The notes below the pieces were generated by a model. The model was not told the DNA's origin, searched no databases, and worked only from the letters and a program-made list of their open reading frames with translations. Of a stretch of 33,348 bases of DNA, positions 25,319 through 32,193 are shown in pieces. The translations under genes and the position numbers were made by a program. How positions within the stretch are numbered: the first letter of the stretch is position 1; every line of letters starts with the position of its first letter. The DNA is from an uncultured Candidatus Saccharibacteria bacterium (GTDB lineage Bacteria > Patescibacteriota > Doudnabacteria > UBA920), in NCBI GenBank assembly GCA_964501685.1, contig CAZCTL010000001.1, forward strand, positions 1-33,348, given 5' to 3'.

Positions 25319-26662
25319 GTGGAAGTAAATCACGTTAGAAAGACAATGGAGATTCTGAGCGAGTCGGAGTATTATGCCATTGTAAACGAAAAAGATGGCA
25401 GATTATACCGATTACACCTAAAAACTAAAAATTGTGAGCAAGTCTCGCAAAAGGTACTTACAACCGTTCTTGGCCATCCAGGAGGTAAGCGGCAAAACTG
25501 GGAAATATTACCAGCTAGAATGGATTACCGCCCAGATGTGTTTAAAATTCGCTTTTTTGACCATGAGAACGGAATGACCGTTTTAAACAAGTATGTACCA
25601 CCGATTTTCATGGAAAGAGACTTTTGGAACCCAGAGCTGGAAATTACCGACATTAAATATGATAAAACAAGTAAAACGCTAAACGACCTAGCAGATATGC
25701 CTAAATGTTATGTAGATTACTTCTCCCATTTGTGTAATGCAGACAACGACTCTTTGCAATACCTACTAGACTGGTTAGCAGTTGCGGTAGACCCCACAGG
25801 CCGTAATATAACATCCTTGGTACTAATTTCCCCAGAAGGTATAGGAAAAGGGGTTTTTTATGATTATTTACTGACTCCGTTGTTTGGTCAGCGAAATGTG
25901 GTCCAAGTAAAAGGCAAAGACGCCTTAGAATCTCGCTTTAACTCTCAATTCCTGCATAAGCAGATTATATTCTTTGATGAAGTAGAAGTAAAGACAACAG
26001 CTGCCATAAATCGGTTTAAAGTCTTAGCTAATCCAAAATTAGAAATTGAACAAAAAGGCATGGACCCTTTTGAAGCGAAAAACTGGGCCAACACTATATT
26101 GGCATCTAATGACCTGGATGCTATAAATGTAACAGCAGGTAACAGAAGATATTCTATAATTCACACCTCAGATACCCGATTGGACAAAATGTGCGAGGAG
26201 TCCAACTATAAAACCGTAAATGCCCTGTTGTCAGAAATAATTGACATAAAGAACATAGAGCGCTTATACCTGTGGCTAATAGGACACCAACCAGCTAGAA
26301 ATATGAACTATGCTTTCACCTCTGACAGAAAGGCCACAGAAATTAAAGAAGCCTCACTAGCTGAGTGGGAACTACAAACCTTACAGTTTCTTACAGACCG
26401 ATTTTATGCAGTAAACCCAAAAGACACACAAGACCCGGCTTACGTGTCGTTAGAGCATGTCCAAGTTAACTTGAAGGACCAAAATTCCAGAGTTGTACCA
26501 GGCCGTAAAATTATGGACAGGCTTGCTAAAAAGTTTCCTAATCTAGTAAAAATGAAATGGGACAAGGCTATTCGTAAGTATTTTTTTGAGGTCCAGGCAC
26601 CATATACCCCCCAAGTGGACGCCGAATCAGGCAGATATATTGCTCAGCCGGGGTCATTCTAA
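25319..26662 (+). CDS. SF3 (D5/P4-type) replicative helicase
   Basis: Motifs seen: LISPEGIGKGVF (Walker A, with GKG instead of GKS/T), QIIFFDEV (Walker B), TILASND (motif C), GNRRYSII (Arg finger). A D5_N-like region lies upstream (YLLDWLAVAV). The start is GTG 5 nt after AGGAGG; ATG 25346 is the alternative. Confidence 0.75.
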   Translation: MEVNHVRKTMEILSESEYYAIVNEKDGRLYRLHLKTKNCEQVSQKVLTTVLGHPGGKRQNWEILPARMDYRPDVFKIRFFDHENGMTVLNKYVPPIFMERDFWNPELEITDIKYDKTSKTLNDLADMPKCYVDYFSHLCNADNDSLQYLLDWLAVAVDPTGRNITSLVLISPEGIGKGVFYDYLLTPLFGQRNVVQVKGKDALESRFNSQFLHKQIIFFDEVEVKTTAAINRFKVLANPKLEIEQKGMDPFEAKNWANTILASNDLDAINVTAGNRRYSIIHTSDTRLDKMCEESNYKTVNALLSEIIDIKNIERLYLWLIGHQPARNMNYAFTSDRKATEIKEASLAEWELQTLQFLTDRFYAVNPKDTQDPAYVSLEHVQVNLKDQNSRVVPGRKIMDRLAKKFPNLVKMKWDKAIRKYFFEVQAPYTPQVDAESGRYIAQPGSF

Positions 26663-27474
26663 TGAAATACATAGATGTTTTATTCGACAAAGAAGATAAG
26701 AAGTGTTTTGGGTCCAATATCTGGGACATTCAACTTTCTGAGTCTCCTGGCACATCTACGGAATTTGTGAGCCTAAACCCATTAAAAGGGTCTCGCAGGA
26801 CCAGCAATGTAGCAATATTCAGAAATATTCTTATTGAGCTAGACAAAGGGTCAATCGATTCTCAGCTAGCTTACATTGCCAAAATAGGACTACCTCAATC
26901 AACGCTAACTTTTTCTGGAGGCAAAAGCATACATTGTATAATTAGCTTGCAGACACCTGCCAAAGACCTAGAGGAGTATAGACGTTTGGTAGAGCTGGTG
27001 TACACTGCATACGATAAAAAGAAGTTAGATAGCAGCTGTAAGGACCCGTCTCGTTTTACTAGATTAGCTGGAGGCTTCCGAAAAGACAAACAAACCTTGC
27101 AAACCAGTTTATATGTAGGCAAACGAATATCCGACGACGTTTTACACTCTTGGCTAATAGGCAGACTCGGCATGAACAAATGGCGCAATCTGCTACTGCC
27201 AGTAAAAAGACCCACTCGCATAAGAAAGGTAGTAGAGGCTAAATCGCTTAGTCAAAACACGAAAGCCCTGATTGAAGATGGCGTCTGTAGTGAAGTTAGC
27301 CGACACGCTTCTTTTACTAAGGCCGCAGCACAAATGGTTCACACAGGCTACGACTACGAGGAAATTTTTGACTTGTTACAAGGACCGTTCGAGGCTATAA
27401 TAGCAGAACGAAGCATAAAAGAGCTAAAAGATATCATAAAATGGGCAACTAGAAATATAAAGGAGGAAGAGTGA
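26662..27474 (+). CDS. archaeo-eukaryotic-type (AEP/prim-pol) primase with PriCT-like C-terminus
   Basis: Motifs seen: ILIELD (motif I, ExD), FSGGKSIHCII (motif II), DPSRFTRLAGG (motif III). The C-terminal segment is SRHASFTKAAAQMVHTGYDYEEIFDLL. TAATG overlap with the helicase gene. Confidence 0.6.
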   Translation: MKYIDVLFDKEDKKCFGSNIWDIQLSESPGTSTEFVSLNPLKGSRRTSNVAIFRNILIELDKGSIDSQLAYIAKIGLPQSTLTFSGGKSIHCIISLQTPAKDLEEYRRLVELVYTAYDKKKLDSSCKDPSRFTRLAGGFRKDKQTLQTSLYVGKRISDDVLHSWLIGRLGMNKWRNLLLPVKRPTRIRKVVEAKSLSQNTKALIEDGVCSEVSRHASFTKAAAQMVHTGYDYEEIFDLLQGPFEAIIAERSIKELKDIIKWATRNIKEEE

Positions 27475-28043
27475 ACAAAAATCAGTTTAAAGAGTTGCTC
27501 TATGGGCTGCCTCTAGGTAAAATACAACATCTTGAATCTTTTGTGGATGTTTTGCAAAATCACCCTGAGTATACAGATAAGGTTGGAACGGGTATAGAAT
27601 CTATATCAATAAGAATGAACCGCCAAAACAGAGCGACAAGAGAGCTTTATATCACACGAACAGATGGCTCTGAAATTGACATATCTTGGGTAATCTGTTT
27701 TACAGGCAAAACTAGGTCTTATAAGTCATTGTTGCAATTAGCTATGCGAGAAGCAATTAGTCCTCAGATACTGGAGTTTTTGAAACATAATCCGGCATGT
27801 AATAAATGCGGAGCGGCGAGTCATCTTGAAGTGGACCATTTGGAGCCTTCTTTTAAAGAATTAAGTTCTATGGTTAATTTTCCTCCTCAGATTTTCTTAG
27901 ATGGAAAATATAATGGACCAGTCTTGCAGGAGTCTAACGAAAAAACTAAATGGATAAATTTTCACAAAGAGAATGCAAGACTGCAAGTATTATGCAAATC
28001 ATGTCACAAGGTTAAAACATTTAAAAAGGATTATTATGGATAA
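27471..28043 (+). CDS. DUF3223-like domain fused to an HNH nuclease motif
   Basis: The N-terminal half has ELYITRTDGSEIDISWVICF, matching the DUF3223 pattern F.v.R.DGs..dFSy.kC. The C-terminal half has CNKCG..HLEVDHLEPSF...LQVLCKSCHKVKT. GTGA overlap with the primase gene. Confidence 0.65.
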   Translation: MNKNQFKELLYGLPLGKIQHLESFVDVLQNHPEYTDKVGTGIESISIRMNRQNRATRELYITRTDGSEIDISWVICFTGKTRSYKSLLQLAMREAISPQILEFLKHNPACNKCGAASHLEVDHLEPSFKELSSMVNFPPQIFLDGKYNGPVLQESNEKTKWINFHKENARLQVLCKSCHKVKTFKKDYYG

Positions 28044-28278
28044 CATACTAACTTTCAAGCCTAGAATAAAGCCGCAACTAGACACTTTAGCCTTTTTACA
28101 CCTGGGGGCTCCACAAGGTTCTTGGGACGTAAACTTGTTTAAGGCAGCTGCCGACTTATTACGTTGTGGTTTGTCTAAAGAAGACATAGAGGAACGACTG
28201 ACAAATATATCCGGCTACTTAGACTCAAAGGACTTGCAACTAATGCACTCAGCCTTTAAGGCAGTCGAAAAGGAATAA
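28036..28278 (+). CDS. small PriCT-like helical protein
   Basis: ATG at 28036 lies 5 nt after AAAGGA. SWDVNLFKAAADLLRCGLSKEDIEERL parallels the primase C-terminus (FTKAAAQMVHTGYDYEEIFDLL) and the PriCT-1 pattern RN..LF..A..L...G.s.eei. Confidence 0.45.
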   Translation: MDNILTFKPRIKPQLDTLAFLHLGAPQGSWDVNLFKAAADLLRCGLSKEDIEERLTNISGYLDSKDLQLMHSAFKAVEKE

Positions 28279-28279
28279 T

Positions 28280-28513
28280 ATGTCTAGGTCCAAGCGCAAA
28301 CCAATATTCAAAGATGGCTACGGCACTAAAGGTAAACGCAGAGCTAAAAAAGCTGCTAACGTAGCTGTAAAGCACTCTAAAGACCTACCACGCGGCTCCC
28401 AGTACAAAAAGGTTTATTGCAGTTGGAATATCGCCGACTGGGTTTTCGATTGTCGATTTGATGACATTAGCGAACTAACCCCAAAAGAAAAGGCAAAGCG
28501 CGTACGAAAATAA
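28280..28513 (+). CDS. small basic protein, function unknown
   Basis: AAAGGA SD present. The N-terminal half is Lys/Arg-rich (MSRSKRKPIFKDGYGTKGKRRAKKAANVAVKH). Confidence 0.6.
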   Translation: MSRSKRKPIFKDGYGTKGKRRAKKAANVAVKHSKDLPRGSQYKKVYCSWNIADWVFDCRFDDISELTPKEKAKRVRK

Positions 28514-28514
28514 C

Positions 28515-28542
28515 TTGCAATATTGGCTCATAATGCTACAAT
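28515..28542 (+). promoter_or_regulatory. sigma70-like promoter
   Basis: TTGCAA (28515-28520), a 16-nt spacer, then TACAAT (28537-28542). It lies directly upstream of the AAGGAGG SD and the ATG at 28559. Confidence 0.45.
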
Positions 28543-28558
28543 ATACCAAGGAGGCACA

Positions 28559-28771
28559 ATGCGCAAAACAATAACATTTATTGCACAAGGTCCAGACGAC
28601 GACTATGAATTAGCATGCATTCAAAAAGCCGTCAGCTTAAACATAACCATAAGCGACGTGCTCGAGGCAATCCGAGGCAGACTAAAATATGCCGAAGACG
28701 TTTCAGAAGCAGAAGTAGCTTTTCTAGAAAGCCTAAGAAGCCAGCTTTGGGAACATTATGTGGAAGGTTAG
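28559..28771 (+). CDS. hypothetical protein, 70 aa
   Basis: ATG at 28559 lies 4 nt after AAGGAGG. This is preferred to the TTG at 28523, which would cover the putative promoter. Confidence 0.6.
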   Translation: MRKTITFIAQGPDDDYELACIQKAVSLNITISDVLEAIRGRLKYAEDVSEAEVAFLESLRSQLWEHYVEG

Positions 28772-29120
28772 TTTAGCAGCATTATTACTTGGGTGTGCAC
28801 TAGGAGCCTTTTTAACCAAAAGGTTTTTTCCTACTCAGGTAGAAACCACCAAGAACAATATAATTACCAAAACAGTTACAGTCACCAAGCCGTCTGGTGA
28901 GCAACTTACCACAATTGTGGTAAACGACCAATCAACCAAAAAAGAGGTCATACCACCTACTTTACAGGTGAATAAAAAGAACTACCGAGTGGGTATTTTA
29001 GGTACACTTACGCAAAAATACGCAATAACTGTAGAACGAAAGCTACTAGGCGAGCTCTCCTTAGTTGGCCAAATAAATACTGACAAAGACTTGTACCTAG
29101 GGCTATCCTATGCCTTCTAA
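28758..29120 (+). CDS. exported protein (possible lipoprotein) with C-terminal outer-membrane beta-signal
   Basis: The N-terminus MWKVSLAALLLGCALGAF is a possible LLGC lipobox or a signal anchor. The C-terminus ends KDLYLGLSYAF, with a terminal Phe and hydrophobic residues at -3, -5 and -7. Confidence 0.6.
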   Translation: MWKVSLAALLLGCALGAFLTKRFFPTQVETTKNNIITKTVTVTKPSGEQLTTIVVNDQSTKKEVIPPTLQVNKKNYRVGILGTLTQKYAITVERKLLGELSLVGQINTDKDLYLGLSYAF

Positions 29121-29580
29121 CATAACTTTTCCCAAAAATACCCACGAAGTTAATCTAGACTTACCAAACCAAATGGCATTTTCAATAAATGCAGCAACCT
29201 GCCGTGATGCCAGATTCAAAACGGTAGCCTTCAAAGACTGGTACTCCAAAATTAAAGCAAATATACAAATGAACGGAAACTATAAGTCTTTGTTGGACTT
29301 TGCAGAAACATTTAAACAAGGTAACAACCAATCAATTGAGATAGAAATAGACATTTACTACCCTAATTGGGTGTTTTATACCTCCAAAGGCGTCATCAGC
29401 AGCAAAACCTTTGATGTTAGCAATACCGAAAAAATACTTATAGACCTATTGCTTGGGGACCTATTGCAAATTAATGATAAAAATGTCACTAAGCTAATAA
29501 GTAGTAAACAACCAGCCAAAGGCTATGGGATAAATATAAATCTAACTGCTGTACCATATCCAACACCCAGTCGGGTGTAA
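29110..29580 (+). CDS. RusA-like Holliday junction resolvase
   Basis: DVSNTEKILIDLLLGDLLQINDKNVTKLISSK aligns ungapped with E. coli RusA [32 protein letters not shown] (from memory). The equivalents of D70, N73, K76 and D91 are conserved. The D72 equivalent is Ser. Confidence 0.55.
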   Translation: MPSNITFPKNTHEVNLDLPNQMAFSINAATCRDARFKTVAFKDWYSKIKANIQMNGNYKSLLDFAETFKQGNNQSIEIEIDIYYPNWVFYTSKGVISSKTFDVSNTEKILIDLLLGDLLQINDKNVTKLISSKQPAKGYGININLTAVPYPTPSRV

Positions 29581-29631
29581 TAATGTCTAATTTTGAGACT
29601 TAGTACCCGCAAGTGTGTAATTTGTCTCATG

Positions 29632-29661
29632 TTGACACATAATTAAATTTTAATTTGCAAT
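29632..29661 (+). promoter_or_regulatory. possible sigma70-like promoter in a 142-bp gap
   Basis: TTGACA (29632-29637), an 18-nt spacer, then TGCAAT (29656-29661). The -10 element is imperfect. The palindromic AATTAAATTTTAATT lies in the spacer. Confidence 0.3.
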
Positions 29662-29722
29662 CGCATGCTCCATGGGTTAACTTAGGTTCAAGGACGAACA
29701 ACTAAGTAACAAAGGAGTTTTT

Positions 29723-29953
29723 ATGAAAACACTACTCTTAGCAACATCAATCTTAGCAGCAGCTGCTTCCCAGGCCCAAGAAGACAAAAAACCTAATATA
29801 GTAACTCTTTCGTCTGGGTTATCACAACCCAGTAGCAAAGAAACAGTATCTGCCGTTCAATTGAACTATTTGCGTAAAATGGGCGATGTTTATGCAGGGA
29901 TATCAATAGGCACCCCCACCAATGTAACAGTGTCAGTAGGCTTTGGATTCTAA
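29723..29953 (+). CDS. small secreted protein with C-terminal outer-membrane beta-signal
   Basis: The signal peptide is MKTLLLATSILAAAASQA|QE. The roughly 57-aa mature part ends TNVTVSVGFGF, with a terminal Phe and alternating hydrophobic residues. Strong AAAGGAG SD. Confidence 0.7.
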   Translation: MKTLLLATSILAAAASQAQEDKKPNIVTLSSGLSQPSSKETVSAVQLNYLRKMGDVYAGISIGTPTNVTVSVGFGF

Positions 29954-29977
29954 CAACTAAACAACAAAGGAGCTTTT

Positions 29978-30265
29978 ATGAGATTTTTTAAAGATTACGG
30001 CTATATCGGACAACCAGCTTCATTATTCGAAACTTCAGAGTATATCATGCCTAACACAGTAGTAGCATGCTGTTATAACGAGGCTGGAATGGAAGCCTGG
30101 GGCATTTTTACTGTCGACGGCACACAACTAACCGAAGAAGATGTCAGTCCCGACATTATGCGCGTAGGCCTAAAAATAGCTATGAAACAGGCCGAAAGAC
30201 ACTTTTATAACCACGAGTATGAAATAGTTCGCTATATTGATGAAGTAAAGCAACGATACTCATAA
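29978..30265 (+). CDS. hypothetical protein
   Basis: AAAGGAG SD present. The upstream 28 nt are nearly identical to those upstream of 29723. Confidence 0.65.
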   Translation: MRFFKDYGYIGQPASLFETSEYIMPNTVVACCYNEAGMEAWGIFTVDGTQLTEEDVSPDIMRVGLKIAMKQAERHFYNHEYEIVRYIDEVKQRYS

Positions 30266-30292
30266 ACGATTTTTATTTAACAGGAGGCTTAT

Positions 30293-30691
30293 ATGACTAT
30301 CGAAGTATTGACCACCCTTATCATGGCACATGCAGCCCCAGGAGCTGTGCACCCTCAGGAACTGGCTACAGCAATTTTACAAGAATCATCAGCCCAAGGA
30401 GTAGATGCAAGACTAGTTGCCAGAATTATGTTACAAGAAAGCCGTGGCAAGGCAAACGCATATAACAAGCATTCCAAGGATAGAGGCATCATGCAGATAA
30501 ATGAAAAAACGGCCAAAGGGGCTAATATAAGCCACGAGTGCTTGCAAAATTGGCGCTGCAATTTGCGGCAAGGTATAAAGTTACTGGCCAAAACCAACCG
30601 GCCATGTGCCTATAACCTAGGGAATACAGGAAGTAAAAAATGGCCTAAATCATGCATTAAGTACGAAATGAAATTAGCAACATTCAATTAA
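30293..30691 (+). CDS. SLT-domain lytic transglycosylase (endolysin candidate, possible SAR-type N-terminus)
   Basis: ARIMLQESRGKANAYN...DRGIMQINEKTA matches the SLT/GH23 E-S...GLMQI signature. The N-terminus MTIEVLTTLIMAHAAPGAV is weakly hydrophobic and Ala/Gly/Thr-rich. Confidence 0.8.
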   Translation: MTIEVLTTLIMAHAAPGAVHPQELATAILQESSAQGVDARLVARIMLQESRGKANAYNKHSKDRGIMQINEKTAKGANISHECLQNWRCNLRQGIKLLAKTNRPCAYNLGNTGSKKWPKSCIKYEMKLATFN

Positions 30692-30752
30692 ATGGTTAAA
30701 AAGAACAGTTATGTGCTAAATAATGAACTAATTGTCTTAAAAGGAGCATAAA

Positions 30753-31079
30753 ATGAAAAAGCTATTATTGGCATTGTTATTAGCAGGTTGTGCAAATAAA
30801 GTAGAGGTGCCTGCAAACGTAACCACAACACAGTGCATACAGAAGGCAGATGGGACTTGCACTACTAACTTCGAAGTCAGGCATGTTATTGCCATAGAAC
30901 TGCCCACAGTGCTAACTGACCAGTGCAGAGCTGAATGGTCGGAGGTAAATTACCCAGATGAGGCAATCAGGACCGCAGGATACAACCAGTGCATCTCCGA
31001 TTACATTAATTCGCTACTAGAGTTAATAAAAGGCATAGGTCCAGTAGACTTGCCGCCAAATGTAGCTTTACCACAATAA
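30753..31079 (+). CDS. lipoprotein (Cys-rich mature domain)
   Basis: MKKLLLALLLAGC is a canonical lipobox (L-A-G-C). The mature part contains four further Cys residues. There is no C-terminal TM segment. Confidence 0.75.
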   Translation: MKKLLLALLLAGCANKVEVPANVTTTQCIQKADGTCTTNFEVRHVIAIELPTVLTDQCRAEWSEVNYPDEAIRTAGYNQCISDYINSLLELIKGIGPVDLPPNVALPQ

Positions 31080-31094
31080 CACGTGTATCAAAAA

Positions 31095-31108
31095 TATACA
31101 ATTGTATA
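31095..31108. repeat. perfect 14-bp palindrome TATACAATTGTATA (operator-like)
   Basis: Read directly from the 94-bp gap upstream of 31174. It carries the same TATACA/TGTATA half-sites as 24994-25008. A GTGTATCA variant lies at 31083-31090. Confidence 0.8.
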
Positions 31109-31173
31109 CTTTTAGTAGTAATGTAATTAAAGTTGTGCGAATATAACTTTAACAAATAACAAAAGGAGCACTT

Positions 31174-31932
31174 ATGATAACAATTTATGAATCTCAAGTA
31201 CAAGACCGATTGGAAGTTTGCCCATATTGCATGAATCCGCCCACCAGAGGTCAATTAGGCTGCTGCGGTGAAAGTAGCTACCACTTTGAGCCTGCTATTG
31301 ACACAGGTGACGAAATATACCTGGAGTCAGAGGTTTTTGTTGTACCTGAGTTGCCACCTGGCAGCAATCCAGTGGTGCCTTTGACAGTGCCTCTAGATGA
31401 GGTAAAAAAGGCCCTAAGGGTTGCTAATAGCCATGATGAAGATTATTCCAAAGCTGTACTAGGGTATTTAGTTGCACGATATTCTAAATTAGTACCTGTG
31501 GCAGTGCTTACACTAAGTTTGTTTAGTTGCATGCACCAGGTGGACTACAACGTACCGGGGAAAATTGGTCCCAAAGGAGATTCTGGCTCTGATGGCAAAA
31601 GTTGCACAGTAACTCAAGTTGCAAACGGCGCCTTGATTAGTTGTCCAGATGGCACTAGTACCGCCATACTAAATGGTACCCCAGGAGCCGATGGACAACC
31701 TGCCCCAGCCACAGCCTATACAGTCACAGAACTAGTAGACCCTTGTGGGCCCCAAGGAGCCTATGACGAAGTATTACTCAAATTAGCCAATGGGCAAATA
31801 CTGGCTCATTTTGCGTCAGGTGCAAAACAATTTTTGACAATAGTACCACCAGGGAACTATACTGTAACAGATGGAACAAGTTGCAAATTTACAATAACAC
31901 CAACCGGAGAGGTAACAAATGAGCACAATTAG
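31174..31932 (+). CDS. membrane protein: N-terminal Cys-rich (Zn-ribbon-like) domain, internal signal/lipobox-like TM, short collagen-like Gly-X-Y run, Cys-containing beta-rich domain
   Basis: The N-terminal Cys cluster is CPYC..(8)..CC. The internal signal-like segment ARYSKLVPVAVLTLSLFSC spans aa 101-119. GKIGPKGDSGSDGKS gives five G-X-Y triplets (nt 31558-31602), followed by GTPGADGQP. Confidence 0.65.
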   Translation: MITIYESQVQDRLEVCPYCMNPPTRGQLGCCGESSYHFEPAIDTGDEIYLESEVFVVPELPPGSNPVVPLTVPLDEVKKALRVANSHDEDYSKAVLGYLVARYSKLVPVAVLTLSLFSCMHQVDYNVPGKIGPKGDSGSDGKSCTVTQVANGALISCPDGTSTAILNGTPGADGQPAPATAYTVTELVDPCGPQGAYDEVLLKLANGQILAHFASGAKQFLTIVPPGNYTVTDGTSCKFTITPTGEVTNEHN

Positions 31933-32164
31933 AGCATTATTAACTGGGGTTTTGTTTTGTGGGGCCCTGGCCTTAGTTCATGCAGGCATATTGACCTCAT
32001 GTGAGTCACAAGCTGCAACTAATCAAGAAGGAGAATGCGCCAAAAGAGTTGACAAATGCAGCATAGTTTACACTGCAAAGTGGCATGAAGCATTCGAAAA
32101 AGACGCCATAGGCCACACAAAAGGGGCAATATGGTGGTTTGGGGAAAGACACGATTACAGATAG
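31919..32164 (+). CDS. small lipoprotein candidate (o-spanin-like by size and gene overlap)
   Basis: The N-terminus is MSTIRALLTGVLFCGALALVHAGILTSC, with lipobox L-T-S-C. The mature part is about 54 aa with three Cys including the lipobox Cys. It overlaps the 3' end of the upstream gene by 14 nt. GGAGAGG SD present. Confidence 0.55.
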   Translation: MSTIRALLTGVLFCGALALVHAGILTSCESQAATNQEGECAKRVDKCSIVYTAKWHEAFEKDAIGHTKGAIWWFGERHDYR

Positions 32165-32193
32165 TAAACTATAAGCAACAAAAGGAGTAATAA

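Noticed and set aside
31558-31602. Collagen-like Gly-X-Y run as evidence of a tail-fiber gene misplaced in the early region.
   Set aside because: There are only five triplets, preceded by a TM/signal-like segment and an N-terminal Cys cluster, and no collar or fiber-shaft features. I treat it as a membrane protein with a short trimerisation-type segment.
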